Assembly (NCBI GenBank): GCA_024137785.1
Contig: JAHRHZ010000140.1
Span: 33,708,805 to 33,772,804, forward strand
Length of the DNA stretch: 64,000 nt
From: Ginglymostoma cirratum
Taxonomy: Eukaryota
Reading direction: 5' to 3'
Both the position numbers and the translations under genes were made by a program. Under the pieces are notes generated by a model. That model was not told where the DNA came from. It did not search any database and saw only the letters and a list, made by a program, of their open reading frames with translations. Every line of letters starts with the position of its first letter. Position 1 is the first letter of the stretch. Of this stretch, positions 22,391 to 36,620 are shown in pieces.

Positions 22391-25081
22391 TTCCACTGCA
22401 CCACAAGAGGCCTTGACAGAATATCAAAAGGTCAGAATATCTCAAACCCTTCACTTAAATAAGTGTTTTTTTTTGCAACAGTTAGCTATGAAAGGACATT
22501 CACAGATTCCCTGAAGTAAGGAACTCTCAAAAACAATTGCAAAGTTCTCATTGAGTACTTACCAAACGAGATTGAAAGCAGTCAAAGGGGTGAATTGTTT
22601 GTCCCCTTTATTCAAGAACACACATTCTTAGTTCTATAATCTATAACCTATTCCTAGAAGGGCTTTCTATGGAAATGTTCAATCCATTTTATCAGAGTTA
22701 TATTGTATGATCACGCACTTGAGATCTATAAATTAATGTACCCTGAGTACAATTGGTGGCAACCATAATATAATTGTATAGTAGCCACAGCTTAATTTTA
22801 ACTCATAGGTAAATAAAATAGCATTCCACTTAAAAGGATCTGCCTCAAATTTCCAATTTCTAGGTGATCAACTGAGTAATGGAGCACAAATAACATTTTA
22901 TTGTTTTTATTTGGGTAAAATTGAGTTCTGCAGTATGATCCAATGCATTAATATACTCACCGTACATTAATCTCCAGTTATTTCCTTCATACCTATCTCT
23001 CTCATCCTTTCATTTCAAAGGATTTTGTTTTTATATAAATCAACTGTTTATGGAGCCATTAACAAAATCTGTAACCTGTGTGAAACATTCAAAATGTTCT
23101 ATCAAAAACTGGGGTCACCATCAAGATTCTTTAAAGATCAACCAATCGAAAACAGTTAAGCATCCCTTTGAAATTGTTCTATTCTATTTTCATGTGTTTT
23201 GCACAGTGGCACAGAGCTAATTAAAGAAATGCCTTAGAGGAGTTACTGGTCTCAATTTAATTAGAGAAATGACTGAACATGCACATGACCAAAGTCAAGC
23301 TACTTTGAATTAATGATTTTATTGGCTGATGTAAATTCAGCTGCTTGCACTGTGAAAATCAGTACCTCATCTAACTCAGAATTCAAATTATTAATCTTAC
23401 AAAATTGGAGAATAACTAGGAATTAAATCACAGGAGGAAGTATTGACTCTGATTTTGACTCCAATAAAGCAATCGAAAGCTAACCCCGCTGTTGTGCTCC
23501 ATTCCCATAGCTTCTAGATAAAATGTTTACATACGTTTCCTTTAAAAATGTAATTCTCTTGCACTCAATTACTCCCAATGGCAGAAAATTTCATATTCTA
23601 AACATTCTGCATAAGGACATTTTTCCTAATTATTCCTGTTTACTCACTGACAATTGATGAGTCATAGTCACTGATGCTTTGACCAGAGGGAGTGGTCCCT
23701 CCTTGTTCATTTCAGTGAAAACCATTCATCATTTCAAACACGCTATTAAATTTCTTCTTTTAGATTTCTCTGCTTTTGTAGAAATGAACCAAGTATCTCA
23801 AGCATACATCAAATAAATATTTGTGAGTTATATTTCTCTCTTTATAGTGATGTTTGAAAAAGTAGTAAATTAATGGATATTACAGCATGGAAACAGATCA
23901 TTTGGCACAAGTATTGAGTCTCTAAATGCCTTCACATGAACAAATAGTTCTAATCCACTCATTCCCATATGCTTTCAACTTTGCTGTTCTCTTCAGAAAC
24001 TTTTCCACTCTCATCTTGAACATTGACATAGTGTTTGGCACTATGACAAAATCCGGAAGTGAATTATGTAGACTCACAGCTAAATTAAGTATTCTCTTTG
24101 AATTCTGGGCGAACCTTCTTGTAAGCAGGCCTGTAATAAATGAGTTTCTACAATTAATGTAACTTGGGATTTGAGGTCAAAATGTTCATTAAATTGCCAT
24201 AACCCTGTAAGGACAAGTATGCTAGGAAATGTTTCCTTGGTCACAAGCAGACCTCAGTTTAATTACTTACAGTCAACCAGATTCAATTTACTGGTTTGGA
24301 GGCTTTTCCTCTCGATTTGTGGTGGAAAAGTCTACATCTTATTATGTTCATGCATTCAGGAAACTAAATCAAATATCGAGATCCGAAAGTGAGTTGCTGC
24401 TGATAATTTCTATATAAAATTCAAATTATATTCCTATCTTTATAAGAACATAATCCAGTGCTTTAGTCACTCATTGGACTGATTGTATTCAGGTTGTGGG
24501 AAATTATGGATTTTTAACCAAGTAGCCTCATTGCCATTTTTAACCATCTGTGTATGTGACAGTTGCTGAGTCAGCGTGCTAACGGTGTGTAGATAATAGC
24601 ATTATGAATGATGTTTAAAATGATGTATTTTTGGCCTAAATTGCCCTGATTAAGGCCAAACAAGCCTGTTTGAAATAAGGATTTTCCAGGCATGAGGAAA
24701 TAACACTTGTTCCTTAATAATCAATTGGAGTAAAGACTTTATCAGAGCCAAAGATCAGCAGCAAATGCAACCCAGAGGCTGCGCCAAAGATGTCAGAGTG
24801 CAGTGAAAAATTATAACCTTATCTTGGTTAAGATGCCAGTTTGTTACCATAAGCAACCTCTTCATAATCAACAAATTTGCTCCACTGGTTCTCCTCCATC
24901 TACAGCACAAGTTACTTAACCAATAAATTAGTATCAAACTCCAAGAAAAGACATGCAATTCTGCAAAGATCAAAGTCAAATCAGCAGATTGGACAGAATA
25001 TTTAAAAAAAAGCAAAGTAATGCTGAAAGATTAATAGAGAGGGAAGAATTAGGTTACAGAAAAAGATCGATTTTGAGAAAG

Positions 25082-26195
25082 CATATTTAGATTTCCAGAA
25101 GGCATTTGATAAGGTGCCACATCAAATATTACTGTGGGAAATAAAAGCTAATGGTGTAGAGGTTAATAAGTTGGTATGGATAGAAATTTGGCTGGTTAAC
25201 AGGAAACAGGGAGCAGGAATAAATGGATATTTTTAATGCTGGCAAAGGTCATGAATGGAAACCACAGAAGCGTCAACTCTTTACCATTTATATAAATGAT
25301 TTGGATGAAGGTATTGAAGATTTGTTAGCTAAGTTTACTGATAACACAAATATAGGTAGGAAAATGAGTTGTGAAGAGGACATACTGAGCCTACAAAGGG
25401 ATATTGGATAAGTTAAGTCAGTAAACAAAGATCTGGCAATGAAGTACAATGTACGAAAGTGTGGAACAGTCCATATTGGCAGAAAGAATGAAAAAATCTT
25501 ATTATCTAAGTGTTGAGAGGTCGGAGATCCAAGATGTAAAGAAATCTGGGTGTCCTGTTGCATGCAGCACTGGAAGTAATCAGGCAAGTTCACAATTATT
25601 ATGCTTTATTGTGAGGAATATTGAATGCAAGAGTATGGAGATTATGCTTCAGTTATACAAGGCATTTGTGAGAACACATCTGGAGTACAGTAGTGATCAC
25701 TGTATGTATGGAAAGTTGTTAGTGCGTTGGAAGCACTTTAGTGAAGGTTAAATAGACTATTACCTTGAATGAGCAGATTGCCTTAAGAGAAAAGGCTAGA
25801 CAGTTTAGGCCTGTATCCACTGGAGTTCAGAAAAGTCAGATGTGTCTTAAAATAAAAGATCCTGAGGGTTCTTGACTGGTTGTACATTAAGAAATTGTTT
25901 CCTCTTGTGAGAGAATCTAGAACTAAGGGTTATAGTTTAAAAAGAAGGGGTCACCTTTTTAAAACAGAGATGAGTTTTTTTTAAGAGGATTGTGAATCTC
26001 TGGAATTCACTTCCTCAAAATGTGGATAAATGCAGAATCTTTAAATATTTTTAAGGTACAGGCAGATAGATTCTTGATAGCCAAAGGGATGAAAGACTAT
26101 TGGGGATATGCAGAAACTTAGAGTTGAGGTTAAAATCAGACCACCTCTGATCTTATTGAATGATAGAGCAGGTCTGAAGGGCTAAGTGGCCTTGT
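25082..26195 (+). mobile_element. CR1 LINE, RT domain to 3' end, decayed
   Basis: YLDFQKAFDKVPH (25084), LFTIYINDLDEG..AKFTDNT (decayed FADDTK), MLQLYKAFVRTHLEY, and the 3'UTR. Confidence 0.9.
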
Positions 26196-26929
26196 GTTGT
26201 TGTAAAGATGGGAAGAAATTTAGAAATAGGTCAATCGTGAAGTATGTTGTTTCATAATACATTGCATAATTAATACATTGTATTGGCGGTTGATTTTAAA
26301 TGGAAAATTTTAGAATGATTTCAACATTTGTATTGTGTCAATGTGTTTCATCTTCATTTATTTCCTTGTGCATCTTTAGCTTTTCGGTACTTAACTGTGC
26401 TTCTTGGCAGATAGAATTTCTGGGAAGACAACCTTGCACCAAAACTTTGATAATACTATTCCTGAAACTAGCGCAAGGGAAGCACTTACAAAGTGTTCTA
26501 GTGCACATTGCCTAGATAGTCTGACTAAAAATGTGAGTCTCAACTTGAATGTGAAACATCACATTATTAAACTAATTTAATATGTGCCATTTTCTTTCCT
26601 CTTTAGACCCTATGATTCTACATACAAATCATCAACTAGCCAAGAACCTTGGTTTCTTGAGTGGTCCCCTAGGTACCTTGACTTTAAAGTTTCCATCAAT
26701 TGTTAACCTTGGTCCAGCAGTGGCTTTCTTGCATCAGAGATGGAGGTTGTTGTTTTAGGACTTACTGTAGGATTTAACTATATAATTTAGCCTGAAACAA
26801 GGAAAAAAATCAGTAGCAGTAGCAAATGACACATTCTTGTCCAAATCATATACTTCAAAATAGAAATTCAGTAAAATCAATATTTTTCTTTCCAATTACT
26901 ACTCATTTATACTGAGGTTTTTCTTCCTC

Positions 26930-27235
26930 TGAGAGAGCAATGCATTTTTAGAGGGGCCATATTTTAGCTAAGACATAAACCAAGGTCTTGTTTTTACATT
27001 CAGGTGGCATAAATGAACCAATAGTATTATTTAAAGAAGGGCAGGGGTTTTCTTCCAGTATCCCTGAACAATTAGCCTTCAACCAGCACTAAAGAAATAT
27101 GAGCTCATCACTTACCTTAATGTTGTGCCTGGAAACTTCATGTGTGCAAATTGACCACTATATGTGCCTGCATAACAGCAGACACTTCAAAGTTACTTCT
27201 TCAGTTGTGAGATAGTTTGGGAATTGACAAGTATG
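26930..27235 (+). mobile_element. Deu-domain SINE (SacSINE1/AmnSINE-like), old
   Basis: taagacataaaccaaggtc..tcaggtgg..tatttaaagaagggcagggg..gtgtgcaaattg..acacttcaaagttacttc resembles the recalled DeuSINE body and L2-like tail. Confidence 0.6.
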
Positions 27236-29479
27236 CAAATGGTTCAGAAATCTTGAAATATAAGAATCGATGCAAAAATATTGATATCCATTAACTTATT
27301 TTGTGCCATTCAAGTAGTTGCCTGATACAATTATAATGGAGTTGTAAACCAATCCTAACAATCAATCTTGGTAAGTTCATTTCCAGCAGCACTGTTTTAA
27401 TTAGTGTAATTTTACAGTTGGTGAAAATTGCTCATGTTTGCACCACCTTCTCCTTATGGATGTAAGTTCATTCTTTCTTTCACCCCCTGTGAGAGCAGCA
27501 GCTGGCCTACACTCACTATCTCAACATCACAGACATCAAAAACAAACTCATGTTATGCCACAATTGGTGAATTCACTGTAAACGCCACAACTAGTAACAT
27601 TTATTTCTGTAATTAACTCTTTCGGAACTCCTAATGCCCCATCACTATGAAAATCATTTGAATCAATGAAAATGAGACTGAGTCAACTTTATTAACGTTC
27701 AGTTAATGTGACCTGCCTGCTATCCAGGGAGTATTTCCAGCAGTGGTGTTTTAGTTAAGTGTTATGTTACCGCCGGCAAAATTGCTGGTATTTGTACCAT
27801 TCTTCTCTGTATCCTCTTTCTTCTCCAACCATTTATCTCTCCTTTTATCTGATAACACTGAAATTTGATTCGACAGTAGTGTATTAATACCTCACCTGTG
27901 CACATTCTTCATGTGTGAGCTTAAACATCAAGGATAGTAAATGATTTGGCTATGGAGTGCTGATTCTGATCATTGCTTTTAAAATGAAGCAGACACATTG
28001 GATAGTAATTAAGAACAGATAGTCTGCCTGAATTTTTTTCACTATCCTTAAAGGATAGTGTCATCTATTCTAGTGCTCCTCCAATACTGAACAGGCTACA
28101 GACAAACGTGCTGCCTTTCTGATTCATTTGGTTTACTTCATATGGCACACACATTTAATTTCTGGGAGCTCTATTGTTAATTTAAACAATAACATTAATA
28201 AATAGCAAACAGACTATTCAAATTCATGTACTGAAGAAGCATTTTCACTTATAGCTGGAGATGCTATTCATTAACAATGACACCATTATGTGTGTATCTC
28301 TTTGGTGCTGGGGAATACAGCCAAAGGAGGAAAAGGAAATTTGCTTCTGACTGATTCATATAGCTGTCACTATCAAAAGTACTTTAGAGCAATATACTCC
28401 ACAGAAAAAGCTATTTTACACTTGTTGTGAAAGGATTTGAAATGAATTGCGCACTTGTAAATATATATGACAGCTTACAGACTAAAATGACTTGTCATAC
28501 TATAAAAACATCTCATCACAGAGCAGACATGCACACATTTCTGATCTTGAGTGGGCTGTAAATCAGGGCACAAGCCAGTCCCCGTTGCGTATATATATTG
28601 TCTACTGGCCAGTGATGGAATACCTTTTAGAGACATTTGCTGGTAGATCGTAGGCCAGGCCACACAGATCTGATTAGGAGATAAATGCATGTACAGTTAT
28701 AATTAAAAGTCCAGCATCTCTGGATTTCTATACATTTCACACTTTAAAGTATATGTTGGTCATTCCACCTCAACAAGTCAGTATTGGCCTAGATATCCCC
28801 ATTATGGTAAGGTAATAATGGTGATCCACTCAAATATATTTTCTTCAGGAAGAGGCTGCATGACTATGTTCATGGTGCTGGAAAATAGGATTGGACAGGA
28901 TTGCTTTTTCTCAACTGGCACAGACAAAATTGTAAATTTTGTATGATTCTACATTTAGGGTGCTAAAATTACAGATCATCAAATTCCAAATCCAACATTA
29001 TGGCTCATTTTGTTTTCCAAAGCTACCAGTCAGAATATAAAGACAATTTCCACTGTAATCAAATGTTTCTTTTTTTGTGACAGTTTTTTCGCAGCCAATT
29101 TGCTTGTGCTAATTTTTAGAAAAAATGTAAGGAAAGAATTAGAATTAAACAATTATTTGGGATGTTGCTAAAATTACCTATGGCCCATTGGAAACCACAT
29201 GCACATCCAGGCACGGGAAAGGTGAGCATAAATGCTGTAGGGGTCCCATGCTCATTGGTAGAGTAGCAGCACTCAAAACACACGCAGAAGGCAAATTCGT
29301 CCTGAAAATTCAGTCACTAAGGCAGCTGGAGTTGTAAAGTCTGAGTCTCTGAGGAGTCAGTCTTCCAATCACAAGCTGGATTTTTCCCATACTCTATCCT
29401 GATAGGCTTACTATAAACCTATCAGCAGCAAGCTGAGAATAGAACAACCCTGTGGTTGAAGGAGCAGCAAGAAGATATG

Positions 29480-29915
29480 TGGTAGCAATGAGGGGTCTTG
29501 GGACATGGTGGAGAGAGAGTGTGGGATGTTACAGGGATTGGGGGTGACAGGTGGAGGGTTCAGCTGCAGGGTTGGGGCAGAAAAGAGACAAAGAGGAAAC
29601 AGTAGGATTCTGGGGAGAAATAGAGAGGTGCATACTGCCAGGGTTGGGAAAGAAGAGAGGAAGATGGGAGAGGTTGAAGGGATGAGAAGAAGAGAATGAA
29701 AACAAACGCTGGGGACCAGAGGGGAAGAGAGAATGGGAGACTGTATGATTCACATACAGAGAGCTGGAGGCTGTAGGGGTGAGGCAAATAAAACAAATGA
29801 GAGAGATTGTGGAAGGAGGCTGCAAGGGAATGGTGTGGTGAGAAGGAGGCTGCAAGTTAGAGACAGAGAGAGAGGTTGCAAAGGAAAGATGATGCAGGGA
29901 GAGAAGGGAGGCTAA
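29480..29915 (+). repeat. Purine-rich (GA) low-complexity tract
   Basis: Strong G/A skew. The ORFs here are compositional artefacts. Confidence 0.6.
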
Positions 29916-29988
29916 TGGGGATCTAAAGACAAGAAAACTACACATAAAATTGAGCAATTTTAAATGTTTTAACAAAGGAATATTCAGC

Positions 29989-30203
29989 TAACCAGAAGTC
30001 GGGGGTAAAAAACCCAGAAAGGTCTGGCAGCGTCTGTGCAGAAAAATCAGAGTTAACATTTCGGGTCCAGTGATCCTTCCTCACTAGACCTGAAACACCA
30101 AGTTTGACTTTTCTTCACAGATGCTGCCAGATCTGCTGTGCTTTTCCAGCAACTTCTGTTTTTGTTCCTGATTTACAGTATCTGCGGTTCTTTCAGTTTT
30201 TAT
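29989..30203. mobile_element. Fold-back element made of two inverted PLE pseudo-LTRs
   Basis: 30020-30073 and 30081-30134 are imperfect reverse complements around a 7-nt loop. Each arm holds a hammerhead half (stem II-GAAA) and the cacagatgctgccaga tail. Confidence 0.75.
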
Positions 30204-32949
30204 TCAGGAGTCAGGAATACTGGAAATCACTGAGGCAATTGATTCTTTGCATATGAGTGTGGACTTTCTAGCTTAAGGCTGGCTATCTTCAGAAGCTACT
30301 ATATTGAGGGGTGTAGGGGGAGTGTTTGCATTGTTATGAATGCTATTGTAATGAGCACTGTCAATTGATAGAGTTAATGCTGAGATACGGTGAAAACTGA
30401 AACTACCCGGTTAAAATATTTCAGTTTTGTGTATATGCAGTGGAAGGAGCACTAGCTGTCATCTTGCCAGTCTGTGTAAGGGTTATTTAGATTTTTTTTT
30501 TGTAAAAGTGTATCGGTCATCTTGGGGAAAAGAAATTGCTGCTAAGTTATGCCCATTAATTTTGTGAATTTAAATACTGTGGCATGTAAGAAATGAACAC
30601 TTTTTTTTGTTGTGGCTTTAGGTTTAATGGTGAGTTGATAATTATGAAGGATACAAATAGATTTTTCTAATTCTGCTTCCAGCTAGTTCAAACACCTCAT
30701 ATGTCAACACAAATACAAAACGTATTATTACTATGTAGCTGCATCTCTGAATAATTAGTGCTAATGAAAATGTAGCTCCTGAAAATTAAAAGTAACCTTT
30801 TGGCAAATCTTAAGAAGAGCACTCAGGGTTTTGGGTGGAGCATAGAGTCTTGAGTCCTTTTTCCAATTCTTGAAGCATGGTTAAAGGTGGGGGAATGGAG
30901 GTGGGATCAGGGAATAAGGGACCCAGAAACAGGAGAAGCACCAGGGCCCAGGTTTTCTTTTCCTAGCCTTGCCAAAGGCTTTAGTTTTTTTTTTAATGAG
31001 TTTGGGTTAGTTTGCTCCATAAAATGTGAGCTGCTGGTGTCAAACTTTCATTCTCAGTTTCCGTTGGGGCTCCAGGAGTACACAATTGTTTACTCTTGAT
31101 GGAACCTCTTGTGCAATAATTCATCATAAATGTTGTTTTGTCAGTGTGCATCTCAACATGCACCCAACTCGGGACCCGTTTTTTTTGGTCACCTTCTAAC
31201 TTTATTTCAAACCATAAAATGAGACTGTGTCTGTCTCACACTGTACACTGGGTTCTGAACCTGGATTCTGTTCGATAAATAACAATGATCTGAGCATCCA
31301 TGGTATGCACAATTCCCTAAAGTATATCAGTCGCATTTATGTTTCATTTCCAGTTACCCTGGGGTGCTGATTGACCTTCTCATCAAAGTGTTCCAATTCT
31401 TGTGGTAATGGTGTTTCTGTGGTAGTCGTTCTATGGCGATTATTTACAACAGGATGGCTTGCTAGTCTATTTCAGAAAGAAATAAGTGTCAACTGCATAA
31501 CTCGTGACTACAGTCACATACAGACCAAAACACGGTCAGGCTGGCTGGTCCCCTACCCCGAGGCACATGCAGGAAACTGTTAGGATTGTGCTACAATGCA
31601 CAAACTTATTTTACGTAGCCAGCCACAAGTTATCGTGTTTACTGAAAACAGATGGATGAACAAGTGCAAAAAGCACTTCCCAGGAATCAAAGGTGAATGC
31701 ACCAAATATGCTATTTGTAAAATAATACAATTGATCCCTACTCCACTAAATAATATTAAGCCTTTCTTCTCCCCTCACTACTCGCCAACACCAAACAGAT
31801 GAAATTTAATCAAAAATGAGCACAGCTTTAGTCAGGTGACAGGTTTAGAGTTGGAAAAATCTGATTCCCGACCCACCTCCATCTTTAACTGAGTTGGGAG
31901 TGCTGACCAGTTGTTCTCAGGAGACGGGTTGATAATGATAATAAATCTATTTGTCACGTTATCCTGCTTTTGGACTTTTAGCTATGGATGGCTGAGCATC
32001 CCCACTTTGATGACTTCAAATTTCCCCAACCAATCTCCCCCTTCACACCTCAGGATCGGATCAGATTGGCAGATTCATAACCCTGCTGGGATCACTCCCC
32101 CTCCCCTGCCTGATTGAACCCTTTCCCCCAGCTACTCGACCAAGTTCTTTCCCTCCCCCAGGATCAACGTCATTCCCTCACCCACCTAAATCCAACCCTC
32201 CTCCCAGTCCACAATTCCTTTACTGCATTACGGCTATGGGTGTACCTTATCCATCCCGCTTCATTATTTATCTGTTCCCCATCCCTTTCAAACAGGCTTG
32301 AACCCCTTTGTAATATCAGACACTTGTTGTACTCTCCTCATGTTGCAGGGGTATCATAATCTTCATATTGCCCAGACTAATGAGCACTAAACCAAAATTC
32401 ATCTTATCCTGCTCCTTAGCAGGTCAGAGGCCCAGGAATTTCACCAACAAACTAAACCATGCTCGGTTCTGTGGTCGGAATATGTAAGACCAGCCCCTAC
32501 CAACAGGGTAGAAAGCTGTCAACAAACCCTTTCCTGAGTGGGTCTGCCAGACATCCTTGTTCTAAAATAGTGTAGGAAAACCATGAGGTACTCCAGTGAG
32601 AAGAGATTCTCTTCCTAAAGCATGGTAGCAATCAGGTACAAGTCTGATTGATAAGGTAGACATTGTAACAAAGACGATGGACTGAACTTTTTCATTTTTA
32701 ACTGTCATTTGTGAGGAACTTCACAGAGCATTTCCTACCATGGCCTAAGGCAACCTTTCTCCTGTAAATTTCCATTGCTCACTTCATTTATTATGCTTCA
32801 GAGCTTCATACGCTTTTCCTGTTCAAGTGAGAGCTCACAGAGCCAGAGATGCTTGCCACTGCTGGGAGCTTTTAGCACTCTCACATAATTAATCCCTGGA
32901 TCCACAGCACTTCAAACATTAAAGCTCAATTGCTATGAGTGAGGAAATA

Positions 32950-34480
32950 GCCTAGCCAGGGAAGCGGCACCATGCTTCACTAACAGGGGCTGGTGGACGG
33001 AGTAGTGGAGAGGAGAGTTCTCCTGTTTTGTCTGGACCACCAAGGAAGGCCATGGCATCAGACACTGCCAGCTGGGCAGAGGTAGCCATCAGGGTCAGTG
33101 CTGAAAAGAAACCCCTAACGATGTGGAAAGGAGGTCAGTGAACTCCTGCCCTCTGCAAGGCTAGGTGCCAACATTTTCTGTCTGACTCACCATAACTCTG
33201 CCACTAGAGATATTTCCAACCAAGCCTAATTGTTTAGCGCTTCCACTTTTGCATGCAGTAACTTCTCTCAAGAGTTCTCACCCATCCCATCCCTCTGCAT
33301 CTATTGACCTTCCTGCCCTCTGCACTTCCTACGCACTCACTGGGGACTCCTCACTATCTTTTTTTACTGCTACATTGCTACTTACATCTATTCCACTGAC
33401 ATTCATTTCACTCATTTGTTGCCTCATTCATATTGACATTCATATCTTCACTGCTTATGAGGTGAAAGTGGTTGCACTGGCTGGAGAGAATTGAAACCAT
33501 TCATGTTGGGATGCCGGGACCCCCATGGTGAGAGAACCAAGTAAGCTTCGCTGCGCTGCTGTTGTGATATTACTATCACTCTGAATCTATTCTTAACATA
33601 TTCTCTTCTCTTATGCAGACTCAAGCAGCACCCACGTGCCCTCTGTCCCAGAGGGCAACTCCACACCTCATCAGGTCCTCCTCCAGTTCCAAGGAAGAAC
33701 ATACAGATTTTCCCTCAGAAGATGCAAAGACAAGTCCTTCTGCTGCACTTTCCACCAGCTCAGAGACTGTCACCTCTGTGATCGAGAGCACAATCTGGTG
33801 AGCCACATCTGCACAGCCAATTGAGGAAAAGATTGGCCCAGATCACAGGCACTTGGAAGACTGCCAAGAGCAGGCAATGGATTGCCCCCATTATGGCAGC
33901 CATCTCTAACTTTGTCTAAATCCATAGAAGAGACATCGGGAACAGTAGGCAAGTTCTGTAGGCAAGACACTCTGTAAACTGGAACTATATACTGTGTACT
34001 TGGTGGTTGCCATGAAAAGCCAGGTCCAGCAGAACGCTCAGGGACTGCTGAAAACGCACTTAGATCAGCACTCCAGCACTTTAGCCATTGGTGCTCAGCA
34101 TCAACATCAAGGCAACAGGGAGATGAGGCACCTCAACCTCATTCCAGGTCCCCCTTCCTCTTCAGGAGACAGGGTGGTGTCAACAGATACCCAGACAATG
34201 GAGTAACCCCTCACACGAGCTTCTTTGCAGTTACCTCTCAGGATACTCCAAAGGTGCCCATCCCCCTCCTCCTTCACCCTCCCCAACCGTAGGAGTTGCA
34301 ACTGAGGAAGGTGAACCTATATCTGGGCAGGACACTCTCAGCATGTCTGCCCTCCTAGACACAAATGCCCCCTAGGTTGTCCACCCAAATCTTTTCAGGT
34401 CACCAAGTTCCACTACAGAGCAGGCCCTGTGCACCCCAACTGCACCAAGAGGAAATGAGAACTGAATGCTCTGAGGGCAT
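32950..34480 (+). mobile_element. Harbinger-type Myb/SANT accessory gene remnant, intron-containing
   Basis: REAAPCFTNR..LVDGVVERRVLLF..HQGRP..TLP.WAEVAIRVSA..RC.K..SELL.SAR, later FTAYEVKVVALAG and STSSETVTSV. A GT-AG intron spans 33541-33618. Confidence 0.6.
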
Positions 34481-36199
34481 ATCCATGGCAAGGGTGAGAC
34501 TGCATTGTAAATGTACTTTCATATCCATAAATATATAAATGCACTTTTAATCATCACATGCATTTGTCTGTCATTTTAAGTGTTGAATCCGATTACATGG
34601 CTACCAGGTCAGAATTAAACAGTTTCTTCATTCTTCCCAAGGAGGGTGGAAGCTAGACTGGCGAGGCATTGCTCATCCATGAGAAGCAAACTAGATAGCG
34701 GTAGATTTCAGAAATCCACCAACCCTTTTGTTTATTAGCACAACCAAGACTTAGCACTTTATTGAGGAGACCACTGAGGCTGAAGTGAGTGAGAAAGCTC
34801 TGTAATAGATCATCTTTCCATTCCTGCCTTACATTCATGGCCACTTTGTATGTTTGAATACATGATCATTCACCAGAGCACATTTCTCCAGAGGCAAAGA
34901 TTTATTCCACCAGTGTGTCTTATCAGAGAGCGCACACTCATTTAAGGATGCATGATGTCTAATGCTCAATTAACATGAAAAATCCACCTCCTAACGCAAA
35001 CATGTCCATCCCACCCCCACAGACAAAAAGTAACTTGCTTCACCTACTGTGAATGTGTTGACAGCTATTCTTCATCTTTATTGTGCAGATGAGGTTTGCT
35101 AGACTATGACGTGCTTTCTAGATCACTCTCCTGAGAATGAATTCCAGATTCTACTTAAAAGTTCAGATTTCCCACTCCCATCACGCACACACAGACACAC
35201 ACACCATGTACTCTTTTCCATTGTTTTCCCTGTCAATCCCAATACCTTTTAGAGTACCGTTGCTCCCATCCAGCCCCTTTATTTGATAATGAATATGCCC
35301 TATTTTCCCACTCAGCCCCTGGCTTACCACATTTTGATGTCCACTATCACTATCCAGTGTCCCCCATTGAAGCCAGGGTAATGCTGACTTGTGAAAAACC
35401 ACACGCTCCCGCAATACCCTGTGCGCTCTCATGCAATCCTTGTAGTTGGAGTTGCCCCCTCTTCACAGCCATTACCCCCTCTATGTCCCAGCATAATAGA
35501 CGTAATGGCTACACTTGTGATTTCCCACTTTTCCCAACATAGCATGGACTGCCCCCTAATAACCTCGCCTTGAATTTTGCTGCTCAAACCCACAGTACTG
35601 ACTATGGCCCTCTCATCCTCCCAGACTGACTGGAGAACAGCCCTGACTGGGCATGGCCTAGTCCCTGACTGATGTCTCTGACTGACCTTTACTGGTCAGG
35701 ATCTACAGAATTGACAATAACCTGATACCTGGCGCATAAGGGCTCGGATCCTGGACCTTGATTGTATTAAGGGCCGAACTGACCATGGCCAAGCTCCTGA
35801 ACTGAGATTGGATGATGCCCTTGACTGACTTTGGCCACGCATTTGATGATCTTGATGAAGGACTACTCCATTAAACTTTGAGACATGGACATTAGATTGA
35901 TGCTCATTTTGTATGTTTGCTGCATAAGGTGCTGGTACATGCTTTAGGTATAACATTGGTATGACACACTACTGTACAGCAATTGTTCAGTGCAGGTTAA
36001 CATGACAATTGGTCTGATTTTCTGTCTGTCCTGAGAAGCAAGACAAGCCAGAGATGCTGTGAGTTTGTACATTCTGAGTGAAGCAGTAAGATGCTAAGTG
36101 GCAAGGTAGACATGCTGAGAGTGTCTGGGTAAGTGCAAAGTGAGAGAGCACTAAGTAAGGAAACTAAGAGCCCAGAGATGTGTAGTTAGATAAGATGGT

Positions 36200-36473
36200 G
36201 CCCCTCACCCTCACTGTGTGCAAAGAAACCTGGCAAAATTATTACAACGTAAGGTGCCAGTGAGCTCCAGAATGCAATAATAAAATTGAAATGTCTTCTG
36301 AGTAAGTCCAAGATGGGCCATGATGGGTGAGGCTGATGTTTTGCCAGTGCTGATTTTGTAGATGAGGGGTAGAAGCAGTCACTACCATGGAGCAGACCAT
36401 GAGACGTTGGTAAATTAAACCAAATGTGGAGGCCAGGGAAGCAAATGGTGAACTTCATCCACGAGGTAACCAT
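36200..36473 (-). mobile_element. Possible second Myb/SANT remnant
   Basis: Weak: F...L...FYP....HPSW pattern ending at an AGG|GTGAGG donor-like site. Confidence 0.3.
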
Positions 36474-36620
36474 TCAGATTATCAAGTCAGGAATTGGTGC
36501 CATCTAACGTCTCACCAGTGACTGGAAGAATTACCAAATTGCATACAAATGAAGCAAGATTAGCTAACTGTAAGATGCAAATGCTTAGAAATAAGGTTCC
36601 CACTATGTAAGCAACATGCT

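Noticed and set aside
22960-23075. Exon-like segment with CAG acceptor and GTGAGT donor (minus strand)
   Set aside because: Stops occur in all three frames. It could only be non-coding and has no supporting evidence.
29505-29975. Overlapping ORFs up to 148 aa
   Set aside because: Artefact of GA/CT low complexity.
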